NCBI RefSeq assembly: GCF_963921235.1
Contig: NC_086110.1
Span: forward strand, 15,004,001-15,068,000
Direction of reading: 5' to 3'
DNA: 64,000 nucleotides
Source of the DNA: Mobula hypostoma
Taxonomy: Eukaryota
A model generated the notes under the pieces. It searched no databases and was not told where the DNA came from. It saw only the letters and a program-made list of their open reading frames with translations. This document shows, piece by piece, positions 50,205 to 62,189 of this stretch. The first letter of the stretch is position 1. Every line of letters starts with the position of its first letter. Made by a program: the position numbers and the translations under genes.

Positions 50205-53200
50205 TCAAGCTAGCATGTTTCAATTCCTGACTAATGCAGACTACAAACTTTCTTTTACAACCTTCCCAACTATCTTGCATCCCCAGGTTATGACAGAGTT
50301 CTGTTCCCTTGAACTGTCTGTAACCGGAACAGTTGGCAAATCGGAAATGTGTCAGTGTATCGAATTCCCACGTTGCAGGAGATGCCGACAGCCTTGCAGC
50401 AGCTTACAAAACCATAGCACCACTCTCCAAAGTGCTCACTCGTATGTATGGCTTATTACAAGCTGGGGACCTGCACGTCAATGCTCATTCAACCCTGTTA
50501 ATTCACACTTTACTGTGCACTTTTCTTTTGTGTGTGTACTCTCTCCTAGAGCTTCCACACTGTATTAATCAGAAAATCCAACCAGAAGAGCTTTAGCTGT
50601 TATTAGGAGTGTCATGCCTATTGCTTCTATCGTTGTGACAAACTTAGTATAATTGCACTGCCTCAAAGCACAGTTTACTTGGTGAAGAAGGAAGAGGGAG
50701 AAGCTAACAACGGCATTAAAGGGGTTAACAAGCAATGTAAACTGTTAAGCAACAGCCGAAGGGAGAGATTAACCAATGGAGAAAAGCCCAAGAGCATGGG
50801 TGCAGTGCTGCAAAAAAAACCTTCACGTGCTTGGTCAAGGTCACTGAAGGCTCATGTCTCAGGAATGATGTCACTACCTTACACAGAAATCCATATGATA
50901 CAGCCACCCTATTTACCCAGCAACAGTCTTTTACAATCCATCTACCTCATCACACGCTCAATCATTACTCATCGGGCCCCCCACTCACACCACACAAGCC
51001 CCATGAAATGCCAGCCGTTCAGTAATGGCAGGCGCATCATGCAGGCATTCACTGATGGTTAAAACTCATTTAAACTTTACAACACAGGGAGCACCCGGTG
51101 TGGCTGCTCTGTAGCAGTCAGTAAAATGCCAGCAGCCTAATCTCCATTCCAGCACAGGATCCACGGTCCCACAAGTCACCACTTTACGAGAATACATCAC
51201 AAACTTTTAAAATATAACGAGGGTCTCTGCTGCCACGGCCTGTGAGTTCTAAACCATCATCACCATTTGGATTTTCTTTCCCACTTCCGTACTTCCAAAA
51301 ATTGTTTTAAATCCGCACCCATGATCTTATCCCACAGCTGAGAGAAGTAAAGGTACAAGCCTTTCCCCTTTACTCCATCTATTTCCCTGAAGGGGAACCT
51401 GAGGGGGAACTTCTCCACTCCAATAAAGTGGCCACTCGGTGTATAAAAGCACACCTGAGGCAAGCATTTTCAATTACAGAACCATATTCACATGGTATGG
51501 AAACAGGCCCTGTAGCCCAATAATCCAACACTACTCCCATTTTATTTTCCTATCTTAACATCAAGTTCTTCCAAATTCTACACTCATCTGCACACACAAA
51601 GGCCAATTAAACTACCAACCTGCACATCCCAGCAGAAAGTTCAAAGTAAATTTATTATCAAAGTACATATATGTCATCATAAATAACTCAGCAGGCATTC
51701 ACAGTAAATACAATAAACACAATGGAATCAATGAAAGACCGTCCCCAATAGGATGGAAAAACAATCAATGTGCAAAAGACAAAAACTATAAGTACATGAA
51801 GAGAAAAAATAATAACCCATGAGGGGATTTCTGCAGATATGCTGGGCAGAGAGGGAATAAAATACCACCCGTGGACCAAAACAGAAAGAAATCCAGGCAC
51901 GTCTGTACCCAGACTGGGTGGTGCTGGTCAGCGTCTGTTCTCTATTTTAGGGGCGGCTGAAACAAAATACCTCACTGTAGGAATAAAAAGCAATACCCTG
52001 TCACTTTATTACAGCACAATATACAATTATGCAAGTAAATGCACAACGAATAGCAAATCAACATAGTGATAATGCAATAACTTAATCCCTATAGACATGC
52101 TAAAGCAAATAAACCACCACAGTTGCACAAGAGCTAGAAAGAAACCAACTTAAAGACCACAACAATGCTAAACAAGAAAATCATGAAGATGCTGATGAAC
52201 TTTTGGCCTAAAATCTGGCACAATCAAGAAACAAGCTGGATTAGAGAGGACAAAGAACACACTCGCACAATTGAGGACATACAAACACCTGGTTACAATG
52301 GTTATGATGAAAATAGTTATACAAAAAACCCTCAACTGAAAACATACCAGCAGTGATATTATTCATAATTATTGGTATAAAATATTTACTTATCTTCATC
52401 CGTATCTATTAATACATATCAACAATTTTCTTAAAAATCACGAAAAAGTGCCTGAATTTTTAACAGCAGGTAAACATTATCTCTTGCCTGAAAGAGAAAT
52501 CACAATGACCCATCAAAATGTCATCCCATTACTTGTTTACAAGCTATATATAAAAAATTATAACATGCATCTTGCATCTAATCACCCCTCACTTAGATAA
52601 CCACAATATACTTACAGAAGAGCAGAAAGGATGCTGTAAGGGTATGAAAGGGTGTAAAGAACTGATAATAGATTCCGTAATTTCAAATCAAGCTCCGAGG
52701 AAAAGCAGAAAATTTTCATGTTGTCATATTGACTACTAAAAAGTATTTGATTCAGTTCCACACATGGAAAATAGAAGCTCTTAATATATATATATATATA
52801 TAAATAAAAATTTCATCCAATACTTGTGAAATTCCTACAAAATCTGATGAAGCATTAGCATACTACAATCATCTATTTATAAACAACCAAAATAGAAGCA
52901 CCGTTATCAAAATAAACCGAGGCACTTATCAGGGTGATTCTCTATGCCCACTGTGGTTTAGTCTAGCTTTCAACCCACTCTCTAATTTACCAAATCAGAC
53001 GACAATAGAGTATCAAATCAGAAACAACCAAATGAATTACTGTATACCTTGATACACCTTCTATGCATGGATGATTTGAGATTATACACTCCTTCATTAG
53101 TAAAGCTAAAGCAATTAATTCAAAGGATTTAAAGCACAATTATTAACAAAGTATGTAAGCAGTACACAACCGAGATTCATCTTCTCCACAGACAGCCACG

Positions 53201-53577
53201 AAACAAAAAAACAATGGAACCCATTCAAAGCCCCCTCCAAAAAACAAATCACACAAATGGCAAGAACATCGACCAATCCCTCAGGCAAAAAACAAGAACA
53301 AACGAACGAAAATACAAAATCCAAGAGTCCACATTCAGTTCCGCTCAGTGTTCATTATCTGCAGACCACCCTGATTCAAGGTTGCCCAAAAATAGCAATA
53401 GAAAAAGGAATGACCATAAACCAGAAAAACACATCATGTGAACTACAGTCCAATCCATAAATAGTGTTGATTAAACCTTGCTCCAGCACCATTCTCTAAC
53501 AGCATCGAGGAAGGAGGGAGGGAGGGAGGGAGAGAGAGATAGATAGAGGGGGGGAGGGGGGGAGGGGAGAGAGGGGG

Positions 53578-53717
53578 NNNNNNNNNNNNNNNNNNNNNNN
53601 NNNNNNNNNNNNNNNNNNNNNNNNNNNNNNNNNNNNNNNNNNNNNNNNNNNNNNNNNNNNNNNNNNNNNNNNNNNNNNNNNNNNNNNNNNNNNNNNNNNN
53701 NNNNNNNNNNNNNNNNN
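53578..53717. other. Assembly gap (N run)
   Basis: Direct reading. Confidence 1.
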
Positions 53718-54001
53718 CACACATAGACATCAGCCTTCAGCAGCAGCGAGAGGCTGATAGACAGAGCTGAACACTCGCCCGCCTTCTGCGCCTGTCTCGA
53801 TGTTTTCAATCTTCCTCGATCCTTTAATCAGTGAGATCAGCGAGAAATAGTCAATTATGGGATTGCCCCCCATCTCCAAGCTTCTTGGCCTTGAGGTTGC
53901 TCGCCTGCCAGGAGCTTCTCGGAGGCAGCAGAGTGCCAGATCTCTCAATTGACCCAAAAACACACCATCAGACTGTAGATCACAGGCTGCAACAGTACCA
54001 G

Positions 54002-54619
54002 TGATGAAGTTTTAAGGGTGTTGGGGAAGTAAGAAATGATTCTTGGACTCTTGTAAATAACTGGTTAAAATTAAGTGCCAACTTATGCGTGCTCTGTTCT
54101 GAATAGTGTACAATTTCTGTTTGTCCTTCACTGAGGAATCTGCCTTTGGCTTGTTTAGATTAACGACTCACAAGTGTCTCTTGAGAATGATATGGGGGCT
54201 GGGTTCACACATGTTACACACACCGTGCCTTACGGTTTCGCACCACTGATCTAAGTTCCCTCATTTGTTTCAGGAAAAAGGGAGGACTCACTGATAAGGA
54301 CAAGAATGAACATCTGTCTGTAATTAAAACTTTGATTTAGTGGGCTCTCTTATCTAAGTAATTAAGTTTTGCTCCAACAGACTTGGTGGGAATACCAGTT
54401 TATCTAAGTGCTCTTTGTTTCACTAGTTCTATAAATTGTAACGTTTCTGCATGTTAGACAGAAGTTCGTCACGAGCCACCTAAGGGACAGGAACCCTGTC
54501 CCTATGGTGTTGGGCTTTGAACTTCTCGTCGGCTGAGTTCGAACAAATAAACTGGTAAAAAGAATAAAGTAAACAACTGTTTGTGGTGTGGTTATTGGTC
54601 TGGCGAATTTAAGTTTACA
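54002..54619 (+). mobile_element. Solo LTR (618 bp)
   Basis: ccag|TGATG...TTTACA|ccag: TG...CA ends, 4-bp TSD, AATAAA motifs near the 3' end. Confidence 0.65.
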
Positions 54620-56921
54620 CCAGAACCACGTTTAAAAGAAAAAGACATAAAAGATGTGAAAGAAACAGTTTTGTGGACCATCTGAAGAATGTCACCTGTC
54701 AAATAGTGCTGAACTATTTTCAAAGGATATATATGTGAACTTTGAATTAGACAACTGCACAACCTTAAACATAATAAGGTGCAATAGAGCTAGCAGAACA
54801 TAAAACAGAGCAAGAGGGTAGAGCAGAATCGATGGATGAGTATGAAACATAAGTATTTGGGACATTAACAAGCAAAAAAGATCATACTGTGATAGAAGGA
54901 AAACTTTTGACAGAATTTGCTTCAAGGCTTAAGAAAATCTGCTAGAGCTCCATAGTGAAAATATAACAAAGGCAATAACCACGTTTGCTATACCCATAAT
55001 AACATATTCTTTTGGCATAATATCTTGGTCTGAAACCGATCTAGAAAACTTACAAAGAAAAATAAGAAATGAAGTGACAAATCTTAGAAATCACTATGTA
55101 CACTCGAACACACTTAGATTAACACTACCTAGGGCAGAAGGAAGAAGAAGAATAATAGACATAAAAATTTACACAACAAACAGATAACATCTAAGGATAT
55201 ACTTTCATCAATGAAAACAAGATTCAGCACTCCAGGTGAACATATGCAATTCTGATAAAGTAGCACACACCACTAAACTTAAACGAAAGCAGAACCCAGA
55301 CAAATGAAGAAACTATCACTATATCCATGGAAGACATCCCCACGATCTGAGCAGACTAGATGTCAACGAGGACGTGTGGAACACCTGGCTCAGATATTGG
55401 AGACATCTTCCCAGAAACAGGGGGGTTCCTTGTGGCAATACAGGACCAGGTGGTTAACACCAAAAATTATCAAAAATACATAGTAAAGGACCAACAAGTT
55501 CAAGACAATTAATGTAGAAAGTGCCAAGAGAAACCAGAAACAATCCAACACTTTAGAGGATCCTGCAGCAGTTTAACTCAATCTGATTACTTACACAAGC
55601 ACAATTAAGAGGCAAACATTATGCACCAAAATCTTGCTTTAAAATACAAACTCATAAAAGACACCATACTTCACTATAAAAACAAGCCTGATCCAGTTTT
55701 AGAGTCAGAGTCATTCAAATTATACTACAACCAATTCATTAATATGGTTAGGACAATCCATAATAACCGTCTGGATATAATAATACAGGAAAACAAGCAA
55801 GAACTCACAGAACTCAGTAAGTGTAAAACACAAGAAATATGCTGAATTACAAACAGTAAAAAGAGGAAATTGAAACATTGGCCCGATAGTAACATCTACA
55901 ACTGGTATCATCCCAAAGTCATTACATAATAGCATTAAACAATTAGGCCTACACAGGAATATTTATCTAAATCTCCAGAAAGCCACAATACTAAACACCA
56001 CTAGAATAATCTGAAAGCTCTTAGCAATTGAGAAATGAGTGAACTTGGCTATGCTCATACCACAGGTTTTACCAGCTTAAGCTGAAAAAAATACAGCCAT
56101 AATAATAATAATAATAATAAGTAATATATATCTAGAACATGAGAGAGTGAATCCATAGGTTGTGGTAACAGTTCAGTGATGGGGCAAGTGAAGTTACCCC
56201 CTCTGGTTCAAAGCCTGATGATTGAGGGGCAATAACTGTTCTTGAACCTGGTGGTGTGAGCCCTGAGGCTCCCACACCTTCCTCCTGATGGAAACAGTGA
56301 GAAGGGAGCATGGCCTAGATAGTGGGGTCCTTACTGATGAATGCTGACTTCCTGCAACACCGCTCTGTGTAGATGTGCTCAACGGTGGGAAAGCTTTGCC
56401 TGTGATGGACTGGGCTGTACCCATGACTTTTTGTTGGTTTTTCTGCTCAAGGGCATTGGTGTTTCAATACCAGTCACACAGCTAAAGAAGTTTGTCAAAG
56501 ATTAAGATGACAAGCTGAACCTTTGCAAACTTCTAAGAAAGTAGAGATGCTGGCATGCTTCCTCCACAATGGCACTTTGCAGGACCCAGAACAGATCCCC
56601 TGAAATAATAATGGGGATCTGAAAGTGAGGAAATGAAGAATACAGTTGCACGAGGAGGTATTGAGACCAAGATCTTGAAGCATTGATTCGTTTTGAGGGA
56701 ATGATAGTATTGAATGCCAAGCTGTGGTCAATGAAGAGCATCTTGATGTATGTATCTTTGCTGTCCAGGGTTGAATGAAATGGCATCTACCATTGACCTG
56801 TTATGACAGCAGGTGAATTGGAGCAGATCCAAGTCACTTCTCAGGCAGGAGTTGATATGCTTCATCACCAACCTTTCAAAGCACTTCATTGTTGTAATGT
56901 AAGTGCTACTAGACAATAGTC

Positions 56922-57053
56922 CTGTTGAAGGGTTTCAGCCTGAAACGTAAACTGTACTTTTTTCCCCATAGAGGCTGCCTGGCCTGCTGAGTTCCTCCAG
57001 CACTTTGTCTGTGTTGCTTGGATTTCTAGCATCTGCAGATTTTCTTTTGTTTG
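56922..57053 (+). mobile_element. PLE 3'-repeat fragment with degenerate hammerhead inserted in Rex1 RT
   Basis: Interrupts NDY|CLVALT; 6-bp duplication atagtc at 56916-56921 and 57054-57059. Confidence 0.8.
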
Positions 57054-59094
57054 ATAGTCATTGATGCAAGTTACCATGTTCTTCTTAGGTACCAGTAGAA
57101 TTGAAGCCTGCTTGAAGCAGGTGGGTACCTCAGAATGCCGAACCGAGAGGTTACAGATATCAGAGAACACTCCAGCCAGTTGATCTACACAGATCTTTAG
57201 TGCTTGGCCAGGCAACCCTTCTGGGCCAGATGCTTTATGTAGGTTCGCTCTGCTGAAGGATGCTCACACGTCAGCCTCAGAGACTGAAATCACAGGATCA
57301 CTGGGGGCAGTTGGAGTTTGTGAGGGCGTCTCCATGTTTTGGCAGTCAAAGCGAGCATAAAAGACATTGAGCTCACCTGTGTGTGAAGCCCTGTTGTCAC
57401 CTATGTCACTTGGTTTTACTTTGCAGGAGGTGATGGCATTCAAACCCTGTCACGGCTATTGAGCATCCTTCAGTGATTCAAGTTTGGTCCGCAATTGCCA
57501 CTTTGCACTAGGTGGCTTTCTGGAGATCATACCTGTACCTTTTGTGTTTTACTTTGTTGCCAGACCTGAAAGCCACTGATCTGACCGTCAGCAGATTGTG
57601 GATCTCACGACTCATCCAGGGCTTCTGGCTAGGGAAGACTCTGAATGATATTGTGTAAAGGCACTTGTCTACAACTGTTTTTATAAGGTCCGTGACAACC
57701 GTCGTATATTCATTCAGCTCCTCTGAACACAGCCCAGTCCACTGACTTGAAGCAATTCTATAGCCGCTCCTCCGCCTCCCACAATCACCTCTTTGTTGTC
57801 TTTATCCTGAGAGCCTTGCTCTTTAGCCTCTGCCTGTATGCAGGCAGAAGGACAGCCAAGTGACCAGATTTCCTGAAATGCTGTCTTGGCATGGAACAGC
57901 AGGCATTCCTTATCACAGTGCAGTAGATTCAATGTGTTGGAACTGCTGGTGCCGCAGATGGTATGCTGATGATAATTGGAAAGAAATTTCTGCAAACAAG
58001 CCTGATTGTAGTCCCTGACAATGATTTGAAAGGCATCAGGGTAGGCTGTTTCTTGTTTGCTCATGGCAGCACTCAATACCTCGAGTGCCTGCTTAACATT
58101 GGCTTTTGCCGGTAAGTAAACTACAGTCAGGGTCACAGAAAGAACTCTCTTGGTAAGTAGGACAGTCAGCACTTAATCATTAGATGTTCCAGGTCAAGGG
58201 AACAAGAGTGCGGCAAGACTGCTATGTTTGAGCACCACAAAGACTTTATCATGAAACATAGACCCCACCTTTTGCCTTCTCTGAGACAGAAGGCCAGTCA
58301 ATCCTGTGTACCAAGAAGCCCTCAGACCTTACCAATGTATCCAGTGTGTCCAGAGTGAGACATGTCTCCATGAAACAGAGAACACAGCAATTCCACATTT
58401 CCCTCCGATACAGCAATCTTGCCCTTAGATCCTCAATCTTGTTCTCCAGCAATTGTACATTTGTTAACAAGATGCTGGATGGAGGAAGTTTCATGCCCTT
58501 CGTTTTAGCCTGGCTTGGAGCCCATCCCTCCTCCCTCTCTTTTGGCAGCAGTGATGTACTTTTGTCCGTTTAAACCAAGCCTGAAAGTTAAGTCCGCCAA
58601 ACCCTTCAGAAGATTGTGACATCGCTAGTTCGTTAAGACAGTTCAAAAGTATGCTACTTATACGGAAATTACAGGCTGTAGATTGCAGTGAGAGCAGTTC
58701 AAAAGAATTATATTTATAAGTTTTGTAAGCTGCCCACAACATGTTGCCAAGATTCACCAGTGCCATCTGAATGTTGGGAGTAAACCCATGCAGTCAAAAG
58801 GAGAATATGCTAACTGCATATGGATGCAACCTGGGATTCAGGGCAGAATCTGGGTCACTGGAGCTATGAGGAAGCAGTTGGACAGGCTGTACCACAGTGA
58901 TAACAGATTCAATATTCAAAGCTGACACTGTTGCACAACCCTACAACGGAAGCATTTAGAGTCCCTGTCACTTTCACCACTGCAGCGGAGTAATTCACGT
59001 TCAACTTTGTAACTACAATTGTAGGAGCAACACACGACAGAACCATCACTCCTTCCAAAGTAGGGTCTTGCTCTTCAGTCAAGTGATCACCTGG

Positions 59095-59570
59095 TTAGAA
59101 CACAGAGCGGTACAGCACAGGAACACGCTCTTCGGCACACGATACCCATGCCGAATAGAATGCCAAATTAAGCTAAATCTCTTCTGCCTGCCCATGATCT
59201 ATATCTGTGGCATATTCATCTAAAAGCATATTAAATACCTCTACCATATCAACTTCTACCACTAAGCCTGGACACCTGTTCCTGGTACCTATCACTCGCC
59301 GAATAAAAAGTTTGACACTCACAATTCCTTTTAAAATATTACCGTCACAGTTTAAATGCATGTCCTCCAACACTTGACATTTTTACCCGGGGAGAAAGAT
59401 TTTGACTAACCACACGATCTATGCCCCTGGTCATTTTATAAATTCTTCTCAGCCTCTGACACTCCAGAGGAAACAACCCAAGTTTTCCCAACCTCTCCTT
59501 GTACATCATGCCTCTAGTCCAGCGGCATCCTGGCAGACGTCTTTGGTATCCTTTCCAAAGCCTTACTGGT
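59095..59570 (-). mobile_element. CR1 3' fragment
   Basis: tacagcacaggaaca..ctcttcggc 3' hairpin region and CR1 C-terminal similarity. Confidence 0.65.
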
Positions 59571-59580
59571 CACTTCATCA

Positions 59581-59709
<129 letters not shown>

Positions 59710-61689
59710 TCAGACACGCTCATTATAGAACGGGCTTGGTACAGAATATAGAGTCTTAGTCAATAAGGTACAATGAGATTATATCCACTGGAGAGGGTGC
59801 TTTCCCACACCTCTCCAGTCCTCAAAGGTCACTCTGGGCCTTAATTTAATGTATTACAGCCCATAGTCACACAGAAGCAGAGCTAAGCAATTTCTTTCTG
59901 TAGCTCACTGGCAAAAAGCTAACAATTAGATTATGTTCTACTGCACTCCTTTCTACAAGAAACAGCCCATCACCGAACATATCAACTCACTTTCAAGGAC
60001 TTTTCATCTCATGTTCTTGATATTCATTGGTTATTTATTTATTATTTTCTTTTGTATTTGCGCATTTTATTGTCTTTTGCATACTGGCTGCTTGTCTATT
60101 CTGTTGGGTGCAGTTTTTCATCGATTCTTTTGTGTTACTGTGTATGCCCATAAGAAAATGAATTTCAGAGCTGTGTATGGTGACATACATGTACTTTGAT
60201 AATAAAATTTCGTTGAACACTGAACAAGAATTCCTTATACATGTTTCCCAATTGGTCATAATAATAACTGCTAATCATCCATTCTTCATGTTGTAGGAAG
60301 AGCCCAATGGAGAAAAGACTAACCTTACAGTTGTCAGAATATATTGCAGTTTCAGCTAATGGCACACAAAACACAGACTACGGGACCCACCCTGGGGAAA
60401 ATTAGCACTGCCTCATTCACATTAGCCTGGAACTACCAATCATGATCTCAAAGCAAAATCAAGCTGTAATTAGCAGAAAGATGCACTGCAGCAATGAAAT
60501 GTGCCTCAGTGGAAATAAAGTGGTAGCTTTACGAAGGAGTAAGATTTGCTAGTGTATGTGACATTGCATTGCTGAGGACCGTCTTTTCTGTGATATAAAG
60601 TGCTTTGGATGAATCTTTGCTCCCCATGTGATCTACTGTACTAAGTCAAAAACAATTCCTAATTTTTAAAAGCAATAGCAAAGCTATTCATTTTCTATGG
60701 TGAACTATTAAGTCTGCCTTTTAATAACAACTTATTGCATCACATTGGTGAAATTGCCTTGCAAAAATAATCTGAAGGCAGCTGAAAGGTGTGTGGAGCT
60801 TGGAGCAGAAACTGCTGGTTTCAATTTCAATGAAACCTTCTTGAAATCCAGACTCAATGTAAATGCAGAGGCTGGGCTAAGACATTGTGAGTCTAACTTT
60901 AATTAGAACTGGAAAATTTATAAGGGAGAAACAGATGGGCTGGAGACTAAAGCAAAAGTACTAACAGGTTATAAAATTTTTAGAAGCACAACTCGTGGAA
61001 TCACTGAAAGCATCCCCCACACAAGAATTTACTGAAGTTGAGAACTGTAATTTTACTTTGAAGCATAATGAGATGTCTGGCTATGTGTTGTGGCATTTGA
61101 ACTTATGGTTTGCATTACCAGACAACAATGGACTGTTCTATTCTAGGAACCATTTAACTCAGTCAGCCAATTGCATGCTGTATAGTTTGCTCTTAGTTCA
61201 TGCAGTTAATGCTCCAAGGCTACATCACAGAACCAAACTTTGCATGCTCCAATTCTTTGATTTACAAATATGAAAAATATTTATTGGTGTACTTCCAGAT
61301 TGTTGTTGACAGAGAAGAGATGCTTATATCACATATTCTAGAATTTTAGGTTACGGCAAACACAAGTTCTGCTGTAGTATTCACAAGGAGTTACCTTTCC
61401 ATTGAACCCACAGACATTAAGTTAATTTCTGCTCAGCAAAATAGGACCAATCCATGATTTGTAACCATGAAATATCAGTGCTAACTGCCATTCTGTTTAA
61501 TAAAGTGCAATTTTTTATTTTACCATTACAAATCTGGATATAGGCTGCTACTGGGATATTTCCAAGTTACTCAAAGGCTTTGAACTATGGGTGAGAATGG
61601 AACTTAGTATTGAACATTAGAATTACCAAGCCACAAGAATATAGATTTAGGATTGCAACAACGAGCTAGCACAAAACTTTCTCACACTG

Positions 61690-62170
61690 ACAAGTTGTGA
61701 AGAGTAGGGTGCCACAGTGATCAATGTGTTGGCTCTAGTTATTCAAATATTATCAAAGAGTTGACCAAACATCGTGGTACTTGATGTTGATGTTTGATAG
61801 CGATACAAAACTCAGAGGGATTGAGAGTGGGGAGGAGGAAGTTATGCGGCTTTAAGGTGATACAGAAAATCTGAGTGAGCAGATGAAACTATGACAGATA
61901 TAAATAATGTGGAAACATATGAAGTTATCTACTTTGGTGCACAAAACAGAAAAACGGTATTTTTTTAAATGCTGAGATTGGGTAATGTTGATTTTGAAGG
62001 GTCCTAGATATCCACGTACAAGAGTCATTGAAACCCAGTAAGCAGGTGCACCAAGGGATTTAGAAGCTGAATGGTATATTGCCGGTTATTCCAAGAAGAT
62101 TTGAGTACAACAGTAACAACGTCTTAATGCAATTATTATTGGGCATCGGTGATATTGTTCCTGGTGTGTT
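61690..62170 (+). mobile_element. Degenerate CR1 RT fragment
   Basis: gatacaaaact..gaggg, tgaagttatctactttggt and aagctgaatggtatattgg match 7950-8270. Confidence 0.65.
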
Positions 62171-62189
62171 GTGTATGATTTCCATCTCA

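Larger units (their letters stand above)
53125..54698 (-). mobile_element. Non-autonomous retroposon inserted into Dong RT; contains (GGGA/GA)n, an assembly gap and a solo LTR
   Basis: The Dong reading KLKQLIQ resumes at ~54700 after tcaaa microhomology. Confidence 0.55.
51817..56120 (+). mobile_element. Degenerate R4/Dong-clade (RLE) non-LTR retrotransposon ending in (TAA)n
   Basis: EEQKGC.KG..GCKE, GTYQGDSLCPLWF.LAFNPLS and HLLCMDDLRLY (RT); CRKCQEKPETIQH (CCHC); NNRLDII (RLE PD-like); (AAT)7 at 56100-56120 and aataataa at the 5' junction. Confidence 0.75.
51635..58768 (-). mobile_element. Near full-length degenerate Rex1/Babar LINE (body ~56120-58768, 3' tail ~51635-51815) split by Dong insertion
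   Basis: SILLTNVQLLENKIEDLRARL (APE), [28 protein letters not shown] and DHSLAFNTIIP (RT); the 3'UTR continues across the insertion. Confidence 0.75.

Noticed and set aside
53443-53809. ORFs with poly-X
   Set aside because: They span the assembly gap and a simple repeat.
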